The translations under genes and the position numbers were made by a program. Source: Candidatus Bathyarchaeia archaeon (GTDB lineage: Archaea; Thermoproteota; Bathyarchaeia; TCS64). Taken from it: a stretch of DNA of 64,000 nt. The notes below the pieces were generated by a model, which worked only from the letters and a program-made list of their open reading frames with translations, was not told the DNA's origin and made no database searches. The stretch covers positions 1-64,000 of the forward strand of contig JBEKDF010000003.1 in the NCBI GenBank assembly GCA_050014495.1. Reading direction: 5' to 3'. How positions within the stretch are numbered: position 1 is the stretch's first letter; each line of letters begins with the position of its first letter. This document shows positions 49,900 to 59,725 of this stretch, in pieces.

Positions 49900-50164
49900 T
49901 GATACACCGTGTGTGCGCATCTTAATCGCTCGCCTATTGGGCAAGGTATAAACAGTGAGTAGCAAGCGCGAGGTCTATTTTGTTAACGAAACTAAGCTAC
50001 GCATTCTACCATTTATGAGCCATTTAGCCCTGTTTCTGTCCCACCAATACGCGACTATCACGCTTCGACGCGAGCATAAGCCTTTGGAAAACCTTTATAA
50101 TTATAGACGTGATGTAGGCTGGGTGCATCAGGCAGCCTGAGCCGATGAATAGGTTGAATCAGAG

Positions 50165-50602
50165 ATGAGCACAAGGACAGTCATAGACGCCGACGGCCTC
50201 ATTCTTGGTAGGATGGCCAGCGTCGTCGCCAAGAGGCTCCTAGCCGGCGAAACAATAGTGCTAGTTAATGCGCAGAACGTCGTAATCTCCGGCAACAAGA
50301 AAAAGTTGGTCGATGATTGGAAGGAATTCATAAAGGTCGGAGGCTTCGGCAAGGGCCCCGTCCATCACAGGAGGCCCCACGAGATCGTTCGCCGAACCGT
50401 CCGGGGGATGCTTCCTTACAGGATACCAAAGGGTGCCGCTGCCTACAAAAGACTGCACGTACACATTGGCGTTCCCGATGAGTTAGAGAAGGTGGAGAAG
50501 CAGAGCCTAACCGAGTGCCATAGCAGCAAGCTCAACAATAGATCGGCAACCGTCGGCGAACTCGCCGAGGGCATCGGCTGGAATAAGAAGGGAGTAGATT
50601 AA
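50165..50602 (+). CDS. rpl13: 50S ribosomal protein L13
   Basis: IDADGLILGRMAS, RRTVRGMLP. Confidence 0.96.
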   Translation: MSTRTVIDADGLILGRMASVVAKRLLAGETIVLVNAQNVVISGNKKKLVDDWKEFIKVGGFGKGPVHHRRPHEIVRRTVRGMLPYRIPKGAAAYKRLHVHIGVPDELEKVEKQSLTECHSSKLNNRSATVGELAEGIGWNKKGVD

Positions 50603-50603
50603 A

Positions 50604-51023
50604 TTGTCAGCGCCCGTAACTAAGAAAAAGCCTGTACTCGCAACTGGTAAACGTAAGACCGCGAAGGCACGTGTCACAGTCGAAGAGGGTAAAGGCAGGG
50701 TAAGGATCAATAATGTCCCAGTGCAGTACCACGAGCCCCTAATGGCTCGCGAGATGATTATGGAGCCCATACTCATCGCCGGCGACGTAGCCAGCAAGGT
50801 CGATATAAGTATCGAAGTGGCGGGTGGAGGTCCACTAGGCCAGGCTGAAGCGGCTCGCATGGGTTTAGCTCAGGGACTCGTCAAGTACACGAAGAGTAAG
50901 AGACTCAAGAGTACATTCATCGAGCACGACCGCACCATGCTCAGCGGTGACGCCCGTAGGAAGGAGCCTAAGAAGTTTGGTGGCCCAGGCGCACGCAGGC
51001 GAAAGCAGAAGAGTTACAGGTGA
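50604..51023 (+). CDS. rps9: 30S ribosomal protein S9
   Basis: [28 protein letters not shown]...QKSYR. Confidence 0.97.
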   Translation: MSAPVTKKKPVLATGKRKTAKARVTVEEGKGRVRINNVPVQYHEPLMAREMIMEPILIAGDVASKVDISIEVAGGGPLGQAEAARMGLAQGLVKYTKSKRLKSTFIEHDRTMLSGDARRKEPKKFGGPGARRRKQKSYR

Positions 51024-51352
51024 CCCCCATGTCCCGCTTCATTTCACCAATGGTCTTCCGTTCCGACACCATTAGGGAGGGCCGCGGCTTCAGCGTCGCT
51101 GAGGTACAGGCGGCTGGCTTGAACCCTGGAGAGGCAGAAATCCTCGGTATCCCCGTTGACCTCCGCAGGAAATCGACTCATGAGGAGAATGTCGAGATCC
51201 TCAAGGAGTATGTTGCCTCAGCTAAGGAGAATAAGTTAAAAATTTCCAAGCCAAAGCAGACCTCTAAGGGTCAGAGGGGTAGGGCCGCCCGCAGCGTCAC
51301 GAAGGCAGGTCAGAAGTCGAGGGGCCTCGTTAGAAGCATCCGTAAGAACTAG
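51020..51352 (+). CDS. rpl13e: 50S ribosomal protein L13e
   Basis: REGRGFS..E...AGL...A..LGIPVD.RRKS.HEENV. Confidence 0.9.
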   Translation: MTPMSRFISPMVFRSDTIREGRGFSVAEVQAAGLNPGEAEILGIPVDLRRKSTHEENVEILKEYVASAKENKLKISKPKQTSKGQRGRAARSVTKAGQKSRGLVRSIRKN

Positions 51353-51432
51353 TCACATCGATCCTTCTAACAAATTATAAGTATAAACCTGCGCTAGGTT
51401 GTATAAAATGAAAAAAGAGCCTATTCTGGGCT

Positions 51433-52596
51433 CTACTTCTTCTTGACGGTCTTGAGGGACTTCTCGATCCTGTCGAGGGCCTCACCAAGAATGGCCTCGC
51501 TCGTTGCGATGGTCATTCTCATATGCATTTCGCCTTCGGGGCCAAACTCCGTGCCTGTTCCGAGGCCGACCTTCGCTTTTTCCTGCATAAGTTTAGCGAG
51601 CTCCTCGTGGGTCATCTGCACGTTGAACTTGGGGAACATGAGGTAGGTTCCCTGTAGCTCGGGTACGGTGCATCCCATCTCTGTGAACCGCTTTGTTGCG
51701 ATTCCCCTTATCTTCGTTAGTTGGTCAATGATATCCTTGATCCAGTACTCACCGTGTCTGTCGAGTGCCGCAATGGCGGCGTCGAGGCTGAGGGTCGAGG
51801 ACCCGCGCAGCACTCCCTTTGCGTGCTTCTTGAGTCCCTCCCTCATTTTAGGCGTCGCGGTGAGATACCCGCACTGAAGACCGGGTAGGCCCCAAGTCTT
51901 GCTTATGCCCCAGCTCGTCACTGTTAGGTCAGCGACCTCGGGACTGAGGGTGGCGAGGCTGATGTGCTTCTTTCCGTCGAATACTATGTCGTCCCATAGC
52001 TCGTCGACCATGATGTTGATCTTGTGGTCTACTGCGACGTCGGCGATGCCCTTCAACTCTTCCTTTGTCATGACGCGGCCGGAGGGGTTGTGGGGATTGC
52101 AGACGAATATGAGCTTGGTCTTCTTGTTCACTAGCTTTTTCAGGCCTTCGATGTCGAACTTGTAGCCGTCCTCCTCGTTAATCTTCCAGTAGGCGGGCTT
52201 CATTTGGCAAGTTTCGACGGCGGTGAAGAATGGAAAATACATGGGGTTAGTGACAACGATTTCGTCGCCCGGCTTAGCCCCGCAGTTCTGGATGGCTAGC
52301 CACATTGCGGGGATGACACCCTGGGTGACGTAGATATCATCCTTCGTGATCTTGAAGCCGTTTTTCCTATTGACTCTCTCCGCCATGACCTCTCTGGCCT
52401 TATCGTCGGTTCCATAGAGTAAGTCCTCGTCTTGAACTGCGTTGATTAGTGCCTTCTTTATGAAGGGTGCTGTCGGGAAGTCTGGGTCAGCGAGCCACAT
52501 GCCGATGACATCTGGGGGGTCGCGGTGCCATTTGATTCCCGGCGCCGCAAGCATGCCCTCAATAGTAGCTGAGTTGAGAACATCTGCATTATACAT
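51433..52596 (-). CDS. PLP-dependent MalY/PatB-like C-S lyase/aminotransferase
   Basis: MWLADPDF, CNPHNPSGRV, DELW.D, SKTWGLPGL. Confidence 0.88.
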   Translation of the reverse strand: MYNADVLNSATIEGMLAAPGIKWHRDPPDVIGMWLADPDFPTAPFIKKALINAVQDEDLLYGTDDKAREVMAERVNRKNGFKITKDDIYVTQGVIPAMWLAIQNCGAKPGDEIVVTNPMYFPFFTAVETCQMKPAYWKINEEDGYKFDIEGLKKLVNKKTKLIFVCNPHNPSGRVMTKEELKGIADVAVDHKINIMVDELWDDIVFDGKKHISLATLSPEVADLTVTSWGISKTWGLPGLQCGYLTATPKMREGLKKHAKGVLRGSSTLSLDAAIAALDRHGEYWIKDIIDQLTKIRGIATKRFTEMGCTVPELQGTYLMFPKFNVQMTHEELAKLMQEKAKVGLGTGTEFGPEGEMHMRMTIATSEAILGEALDRIEKSLKTVKKK

Positions 52597-52659
52597 AATC
52601 TGTCACTTCGACATGGAAGGGTCCACCAGATGGTAATAATGGTTTTGATGAGCGCGCGC

Positions 52660-52866
52660 GCATGGCAAACACTACATAAAGTCGTTGGCTTTAGTTCACA
52701 CAAATTCAGAAAGTCTAGAGCCAACTGGTTTGCTTCACAACCAGATGTTGATTTAAAGGGTATGCTTCAGTGGTTTGGCTGGGCTAGAATTGCGACAGCC
52801 GATTCTTATGTTGCACCAGCAAGAGAGGCAACCAAGATGAGAAAGATACTGGATAGGGTTTCGTGA
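52660..52866 (+). pseudogene. Tyrosine recombinase/integrase C-terminal remnant
   Basis: SHKFRKSRA (HxxR), QWFGW (LG[H/W]), TADSYV (catalytic Tyr position). Confidence 0.7.
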
Positions 52867-52875
52867 TGGTTTACC

Positions 52876-54535
52876 CTAACCCAATTTCTTCTGTATTACC
52901 TCTTCCTTCCTGATTATTTGTGGGGCTTCCCTGAACATATTAGATGTAGGTGGGATGTCGGGTCTTGCATTGTGAAGCAACTGCTCAATAGTTAAAATCT
53001 GAATTTTAGGATATTCGTGATTCCAGTTAGGGGCAATATATGGGTCTGTGGCTTTAACTTCTTTAACCATCTCATCTGTTGGCTCTTCAAGGGTAATGAA
53101 TAGCCCCATTACAGCACCCTGTCTTTGAACAACATCCCTTAGTTCACGAATATCCTTCATTCCAACGTGTCCAGACTTTACCTGTACAACAATTCTCTCA
53201 ACTTGAGATTCAGAGATGGGGAATCTTAGCCAACCATCAATTCCCTCATCTGCCCCCTTTCTGCCAACTCTGGGTGAAGAACTTGTTGAGCCTACTGGTC
53301 TAGCACCAATCAAAGATAGTGCCCACCACTGGAATTGATACCTATCTTTAGAAAGTTCTCTTGCTGATTCAACATCCTTTGGTTCTCCTGTGACCTGAAA
53401 ATCTGCATTAGGAAAAGACTCTATAATTCGATTCTTGATCAGATTGATGGCTAAAAACGTAATATCAATGCCAATCCAATGTCGATGTAATGTTTCTGCG
53501 GTAATAGTGGCTGTACCACATCCACAGAATGGGTCTAAAACAATATCCCCTTCATTACTACTTGTTTTGATTATTCGTTCAAGTAACTCAACTGGTTTTT
53601 GAGTTTGAAAGCCCATTCGTTCAGAACTATGTGATTGTATTGGATTTATATCAGTCCAAATATCCTGAAGAAGAACACCTTTACCTTCATCTTTATACCG
53701 CTTATATCTTGGGACACCACCAATCTTCTTTGGAAAATAAATTCTTCCTTTTCTATCTAGTTCTTCTAAATTTTCTATAGTAAATTTCCAATGATTACCT
53801 CTAATATTGGGGTCGATTCCTTTCCAAACTTTTCCGCTTTCTCCTTTTCGTGTTCCTGATGCCATAAGGTCGGATGATGTCCATTCTCTTCCATCTGGGT
53901 CTTTATTTTTATAGAATTTATCAAGATAGTCTTTATCATAATCAGAATATTGTGGATTAAATGTATAATCATTTGACTTTGTGTAAAATAGGATAGAATC
54001 GTGTATTCTACCATATTTAGTAATTTTACCTTCTCCTGAATGTGCTGATGTTCTCTTCCATATTATTTCATTCCTAAAATTCTCTATTCCAAATATTGAA
54101 TCCATTATCAATTTGAGATAGTGACTAGCGGTTGAATCACAGTGAAGATAAATAGAGCCTGTTGATTTGAGAACTCTATGAAGTTCTAATAACCGAATAT
54201 CCATCATTACTAGATATGCTAACATATCATTGATTCCTAGAAAATGTTGTAGTGCAAGAATCAAGTTAGCGACATCGTTAGGGGTTTCAAGTGTGAGATA
54301 ATCAAAGGCTTTTCTTGCCTGTGTCCCAATGCCAAGTATCTGTGAAAGCCTGAATCTGTGCTTGTGATTGTTCTCCTGTTACTTCTTTGAAAAGAATATT
54401 ATAATCAGCTTGACTGTTGAAAGGTGGGTCTAGGTAAATCAGGTCAATTGACTCATCCTGAAAGTATTTGGGATTGCGAAGAACCGCAAGATTATCCCCA
54501 TAATATAGGGTGTTTTTAAAATCTGGATGAGCCAT
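52876..54535 (-). pseudogene. Amino-methyltransferase fused to an Mrr-like endonuclease domain, frameshifted near 54320
   Basis: YGDNL, YLDPPF in the 5' piece; TQKP, LDPFCGCGT, GIDG...VQVKSG in the 3' piece; the second frame runs open from about 54319 (ARKAFDYL...) into the large ORF; AT-rich. Confidence 0.85.
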
Positions 54536-54736
54536 AAAGACAAATCATCATAATGGCTTAAAACAATTAGGGCAAATATTAGTTTCTTAATATCCTATAT
54601 CTAGACCACTCATTTTATATCCGACTACCCTACCACTTCCGTGAGCAAAATTGACACACAATGAAAGGGGCAAAGGTATGAAAATACGCTTACGCCTAAC
54701 CTTTTCATTATGGCAAACGCTTACGGGAGAAAATCT

Positions 54737-55015
54737 ATGATAATACTCCTCTACTTCGATTGGGTTGGTAGCAAAAAGGAGCTGAAGGAGCACGATAAGC
54801 GTATGCAGAAAGCCTGTGAGGAAACTGGGGTTAAGTACATGGGGATCCATGGTTCTATGAACCAGAAGTGGAACTACTGCTGGCTGTTTGACACTCGCAG
54901 CTATGATCACTTCATGGAAATGACAGCAAAGGTGCCGCGCCCACCACAGATGACCCATTACATAACCGAACACCTGATTCCAGTGCAGCTCCCAACCGAG
55001 CAGCCCCATCTTTAA
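54737..55015 (+). CDS. Hypothetical small protein
   Basis: 92 aa ORF with GGGAG upstream of MIILLYFDW. Confidence 0.7.
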   Translation: MIILLYFDWVGSKKELKEHDKRMQKACEETGVKYMGIHGSMNQKWNYCWLFDTRSYDHFMEMTAKVPRPPQMTHYITEHLIPVQLPTEQPHL

Positions 55016-55029
55016 GATAGGACAAATAT

Positions 55030-55944
55030 CTAGTTTCTTCTAGAAATCACTTTAGCGCCGTCGTCATCGATCCCGACAACTACAGCTTCGTAGCTGGGGA
55101 AAGCGGTTTCGATCGCTCTAGCTGCCTCCTCTGCTTTTTCCCTTAACATGACGCTGAATGCCACTTCGCCGAACATCGCCATAGTAAACATGTAACCAGC
55201 TGATTCCATCTTATCGAACAATGTTCTAAGCTTCGGGGTCACGAGGCCTACATGCTCCGTGAATTGGCGGCTGGATCTCATGAAGTGAATAGGTGTAGGG
55301 TCTTCGGTGAGTTCATCGACGAACTTACCTCCCATCTCATTGATTCTTGCCCTTAGAGCGAGGTTAGCGAGGGCTTCTCTCGTCTTAATGGGGCCAAAGT
55401 GGACGTATACGACGCGCAGTTCCTTTGTATTTGGATATGAAATTGCTTCGCCGATACCTGGGGCGCCAGGTTTGGTGAGTATCCCGAATCCACCGCGCTC
55501 CGAGGCGAAGACGCTGCCTAATCCCGTTTTGCACTCAATTTCGGCGATATGAGCTATCTGAGCTGCTTCCACCCTCGTTAATCCTGAGCCAGCTGCTTCA
55601 TTCATGGCCAGGGCTAGGCTAAGTGCGCCTCCACCGCTGCTACCAAAGCCAGCGAAAATTGGCGTCTCTACGTAATGCTCGACGGAAATGACCTGCGGTA
55701 TAATCAGCTTCGAGAACTTCGTTAACACATTCTCTGAGACGAAGGCCTCTTCAGTAGTTTTCCCGTTGATCATTATCTTCCATTTCATTACTTTTGCGGG
55801 TTCGGCAGTAACCTTAGTGTAGACACCTAAAGCAAGACTTACACCCGAACCCCTCGATCCCTTCTTCAGTGGGTCGGTAGGTTGGTCACATATCTGGAAT
55901 AGGCCCGTTATGTGCCCTGGTGCGAAAGCTGTGGCGGTGGCCAT
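55030..55944 (-). CDS. pok: Pantoate kinase (archaeal GHMP kinase)
   Basis: AFAPGHITGLF, GSRGSG, GFGSSGG, AHIAEIECKTGLG.V, MAMFGE. Confidence 0.88.
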   Translation of the reverse strand: MATATAFAPGHITGLFQICDQPTDPLKKGSRGSGVSLALGVYTKVTAEPAKVMKWKIMINGKTTEEAFVSENVLTKFSKLIIPQVISVEHYVETPIFAGFGSSGGGALSLALAMNEAAGSGLTRVEAAQIAHIAEIECKTGLGSVFASERGGFGILTKPGAPGIGEAISYPNTKELRVVYVHFGPIKTREALANLALRARINEMGGKFVDELTEDPTPIHFMRSSRQFTEHVGLVTPKLRTLFDKMESAGYMFTMAMFGEVAFSVMLREKAEEAARAIETAFPSYEAVVVGIDDDGAKVISRRN

Positions 55945-55987
55945 GGCGAATCGCGTCAGGGGTGTGGCTTGCCCGTGATAAGTCTTA

Positions 55988-57208
55988 CTACCTTAGAGAC
56001 CCATAGTCGAAGGGTCTCTTAGGGTCAGCAACGGGCGCCTTGACTGTGAATAGATCCGTGTACTTGAGGCCGGAGCCTGTGTTGAAGATGACGACGCGCT
56101 CGTTTCTTTCAACCTCCCCCTCTTCCACCATCTTCCTGAGAGCGGAGATGGTTGCAGCGCCTTCGGGGCACGCGAAGATTCCCTCTAGGCGACTTATCAG
56201 GCGGACGTCAGCCATAAGCTCATCATCAGTTACCGCGATGGCGGTTCCGCCACTTTCTCTCACCGCCTTAAGGATTAGGAAGTCGCCGAGGGCCTTCGGG
56301 ACTCTCAAACCGGACGCTAAAGTGTGTGCGTTTTCAAAAAACTCGCTCTCATCCTTTCCCTCCACAAAGGCCTTGATGATTGGGCTACAACCTTCTGCTT
56401 GGACGCTCACCATTCTGGGTCGCTCGCTCCCTATCCAACCCATCTCCTCGAGCTCGTCGAAGACCTTCCACATTCCAATGATTCCCGTGCCTCCGCCAGT
56501 GGGATAAATGATGACATCCGGCAGCTTCCAATCAAGCTGCTCCGCGACCTCGAGGCCCATCGTCTTCTTACCCTCAATCCGGTAGGGCTCTCCGAGAGTG
56601 GCTACGCTGAACCAAGCCATCTCCTGCTCACCGTCGCGGACGAGCTTCCCCGCATCGCTTATGAGACCCTTCACATAAACAACTTTAGCGCCAACAACGT
56701 CAGATTCTACAGCGTTGACCTTTGGAGCGTCCTCTGGCATGAAGACGTAAACCTCTAGACCCGCACGTGCCCCGTAGGCAGCCATCGCACCCGCAGCGTT
56801 ACCAGCTGATGGGAGTGCAACACGCTTAATTCCAAGCTCCTTCGCCCTGCTGATGGCGACGCTAAGGCCCCTCGCCTTGAAGCTACCGGTGGGGATGACT
56901 CCCTCGTCCTTGACAAGGAGGTTAGATAGACCCAGGGACTCACCTAAACGTGGTGCTGGGGTGAGTGGGGTCCACCCCTCCCCGAGGGTAACGATGTTCT
57001 GCTTTCTTTTCACCGGAAGAATCTCCATGTATCTCCACATCGAGGAGACTCTCCCAACGAGTTCCCGTTTCGTAATCGTCTCTTTCGCTGCCTCTAGGTC
57101 ATATCTAGCGAAGAGGGGTTTACCGCACTTTCTACAGACTGTCTGAACCTGATCGGCGTCGTGGAGTTCACCACACTTCGAGCACTCTAGGTGAGTTAGG
57201 TTACTCAT
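55988..57208 (-). CDS. thrC: Threonine synthase (family)
   Basis: TLGEGWTPL, PTGSFKARG, SAGNA, EGKKT, TGSGLK. Confidence 0.85.
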   Translation of the reverse strand: MSNLTHLECSKCGELHDADQVQTVCRKCGKPLFARYDLEAAKETITKRELVGRVSSMWRYMEILPVKRKQNIVTLGEGWTPLTPAPRLGESLGLSNLLVKDEGVIPTGSFKARGLSVAISRAKELGIKRVALPSAGNAAGAMAAYGARAGLEVYVFMPEDAPKVNAVESDVVGAKVVYVKGLISDAGKLVRDGEQEMAWFSVATLGEPYRIEGKKTMGLEVAEQLDWKLPDVIIYPTGGGTGIIGMWKVFDELEEMGWIGSERPRMVSVQAEGCSPIIKAFVEGKDESEFFENAHTLASGLRVPKALGDFLILKAVRESGGTAIAVTDDELMADVRLISRLEGIFACPEGAATISALRKMVEEGEVERNERVVIFNTGSGLKYTDLFTVKAPVADPKRPFDYGSLR

Positions 57209-57329
57209 GAATCCACTCCTATGGTTTACGGGTCTCGGCGGTGTTAAGTTTAGCGTGGTACAAACATCATACTGTAATTATCTTCACAAACTTTTTATTT
57301 AGTGCCGCTTATTTCTTGGCTACATACAG

Positions 57330-57514
57330 TTTGGAGATTGGTTTCATGGGGTATCGTTTTATCATTGCCGCCGAGTTGAGGGTGGCGTAGATGGGGTATC
57401 GCTTTATTCGGTAGTACAACACCCGTGGAGTGTCCCCAGTTCTTAATTTGGTTTAGTTCCTCAGTGATGGGCTTAGTCGCTTGGCTTGGTCCCCGATTCT
57501 ACGATTTGGAGGAG
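57330..57514 (+). promoter_or_regulatory. Conserved ilvB leader copy 2 (tandem uORFs, hairpin, CCGATTCTACGATTT next to the RBS)
   Basis: uORF 57346-57390 MGYRFIIAAELRVA*, uORF 57391-57414 MGYRFIR*. Confidence 0.6.
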
Positions 57515-57521
57515 TTCAAGT

Positions 57522-59213
57522 TTGGTTGAGATGGCTGGTACTAAGGCATTCGTAAAGTCCCTTGAGTTGGAGGGTGTGAAACACGTCTTCGGGCTACCTG
57601 GCGGAGTAGTCATCCCGTTATGCGATGAGATTCTTAACGGAGACTTCCGTTTCATCCTTGCCCGGCACGAACAGGGAGCAGCACATATGGCTGATGGATA
57701 TGCCAGAGCCACTGGGGGGGTGGGTGTTTGCCTCGCGACGTCCGGCCCAGGTGCCACTAACCTCGTCACCGGGGTAGCGTCTGCCAATATGGACTCAAGC
57801 GCAGTCGTCGCCTTCACGGGGCAAGTGACTCGTGCAACGATCGGCACCGATGCCTTCCAGGAGGTAGACATCATCGGGTGTAGCGCTTCTGTGACCAAGT
57901 ACAATATGCAGGTGAGGAAGGCCTCTGAGATACCGAGAGCGGTTAAGGTCGCTTTCCAGATCGCCTCGACGGGGAGGAGGGGTGCAGTCCTCGTAGATTT
58001 ACCTAAGGACGTCACGACCGACGTCGAGGACATCAGCTTCCCCGAGACCGTGAAGCTCAGGGGGTATCACCCCAACTATCAACCGGACCCACGCGAAGTT
58101 GAGTGGGCCGCGACGCTCCTCGCTAAGGCTCAGCGCCCCGTCGTTGTAGCCGGGGGCGGGGTCGTGAACTCCGGCGCGACACGCGAACTCGTTGCCCTTA
58201 GTGAGTACCTTATGGCGCCTACCGCAACTACCCTCATGGGCAAGGGCTCCTTCCCAGCCGACCACCCACTCAGCCTCGGCCTATGCGGGATGCATGGCAC
58301 ACAGGCAGCTAACAACCTCGTCCCCGAGGCGGACGTCCTCTTAATTGTCGGAGCGCGCCTCAGCGACAGGACGACGGGGGCAGTGAAGAGCTTCGCGCCC
58401 AACGCTAAGATTATCCACCTCGATATTGACAGGAGCGAGATCGACAAGAACGTGGAGACAGTGACTCGCGTCGTCGGGGACGCTGCCCTAGGCTTACGTG
58501 GCCTTCTCTACAACGTGAGCAAGCTCCGCGCGGGTGGTGAGGTGAGCTCCGAGTGGAGCAAGAAGGTGGCGGAATTCCGCTGCCAAGTCAACTCGAACGG
58601 TAATGGACATAAGGAGGGATATCTAAGAGCCCCCGACGTCATCAGAGCGCTCCGCAAATCACTCCCCCGTGAGTCGATCGTCACAACCGAGGTGGGGCAG
58701 TGCCAGATGTGGGCCGCGCTCCACTACGACGCCTACGACCCGAGGACCTTCTTCACTAGTGGTGGCCTCGGCACGATGGGTTGGGGTTTCCCAGCCGCCA
58801 TCGGCGTAAAGGCTGCGAGGCCCAAAGTCCCGGTCGTGGATATAGCTGGGGATGGCAGCTTTGGCATGACGGAGAACAGTATGGCGACGAGTGTCGAGGA
58901 GGACCTGCCTGTCGTAGTAGTTGTGTTGAATAATCAGATGCTAGGCATGGTCGCCCAGTGGCAGCGTCTCTTCTTTGACCACCGCTACTCTGCGGTGAAG
59001 TTGAAGGGTAACCCTAACATGGTGAAGCTTGCTGAGGCGTATGGGGCTGAGGGTGTCAGGGTAGACACCTTGGAGGCTTTCGAGTCCGCAGTGAGGCGAG
59101 CGATTAAGAGCGACGTTTCGACAGTCATCGATGTTCCGATAGACCCGGAGGAGAACGTATACCCGATAGTTCCACCTGGTGCGGGATTGAAGGACGCGCT
59201 TCTGGAGGCTTAG
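57522..59213 (+). CDS. ilvB: Acetolactate synthase large subunit (copy 2)
   Basis: FGLPGG, RHEQGA, TSGPGATN, GQCQMW, GDGSF; TTG start after GGAGGAG. Confidence 0.95.
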   Translation: MVEMAGTKAFVKSLELEGVKHVFGLPGGVVIPLCDEILNGDFRFILARHEQGAAHMADGYARATGGVGVCLATSGPGATNLVTGVASANMDSSAVVAFTGQVTRATIGTDAFQEVDIIGCSASVTKYNMQVRKASEIPRAVKVAFQIASTGRRGAVLVDLPKDVTTDVEDISFPETVKLRGYHPNYQPDPREVEWAATLLAKAQRPVVVAGGGVVNSGATRELVALSEYLMAPTATTLMGKGSFPADHPLSLGLCGMHGTQAANNLVPEADVLLIVGARLSDRTTGAVKSFAPNAKIIHLDIDRSEIDKNVETVTRVVGDAALGLRGLLYNVSKLRAGGEVSSEWSKKVAEFRCQVNSNGNGHKEGYLRAPDVIRALRKSLPRESIVTTEVGQCQMWAALHYDAYDPRTFFTSGGLGTMGWGFPAAIGVKAARPKVPVVDIAGDGSFGMTENSMATSVEEDLPVVVVVLNNQMLGMVAQWQRLFFDHRYSAVKLKGNPNMVKLAEAYGAEGVRVDTLEAFESAVRRAIKSDVSTVIDVPIDPEENVYPIVPPGAGLKDALLEA

Positions 59214-59215
59214 AA

Positions 59216-59725
59216 ATGAGCGAGATGCATGTAGTCGCGTTCTTGGTCGAGAATAGGCCGGGTGTGCTGTTTAATATAAGCAACATGTTCCGTCGGAAGA
59301 ACTTCAACATCCACAGCATCACTGCTGGGACAGTGCTCGACGACGAAACGGTGAGAATAACCATCGTCGTTCAAGCAGACTCCAGAGGCGTCAACCAGGT
59401 TGTGGAACAGCTCGATAAGATGGTTGACGTGGTGGAAGTAAAGCGCCTTGACCCGCTTCGTACAGTGAACAGAGAGCTGGCACTTGTGAAGCTAACGACG
59501 ACAGACCCGATGGCGAGAGAGGATGCCCTACGGTTAGTGAACGAATACCACGGTCTGATCCTGGATATCGAGCCGGACAACCTTATAGCCGAGGTCACGG
59601 GTGAGTCTGAGGAGATAGACGCGTTCATAGAGGCTGTTATGCCCATAGGGGTGGAGGAGATCTCGAGGACGGGAGTGACAGCTATCGAGAAGGGACGGCT
59701 AAGACTAGAGAAGGGTGAGTACTGA
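59216..59725 (+). CDS. ilvN: Acetolactate synthase small subunit (copy 2)
   Basis: VENRPGVL, FNIHSIT, RELALVK, SRTG. Confidence 0.93.
   Translation: MSEMHVVAFLVENRPGVLFNISNMFRRKNFNIHSITAGTVLDDETVRITIVVQADSRGVNQVVEQLDKMVDVVEVKRLDPLRTVNRELALVKLTTTDPMAREDALRLVNEYHGLILDIEPDNLIAEVTGESEEIDAFIEAVMPIGVEEISRTGVTAIEKGRLRLEKGEY

Noticed and set aside
54619..54635. tRNA 3'-end-like ATCCGACTACCCTACCA as att site of the MTase islet
   Set aside because: Stem spacing is off by one and there is no matching tRNA or second copy in the window, so it cannot be supported here.
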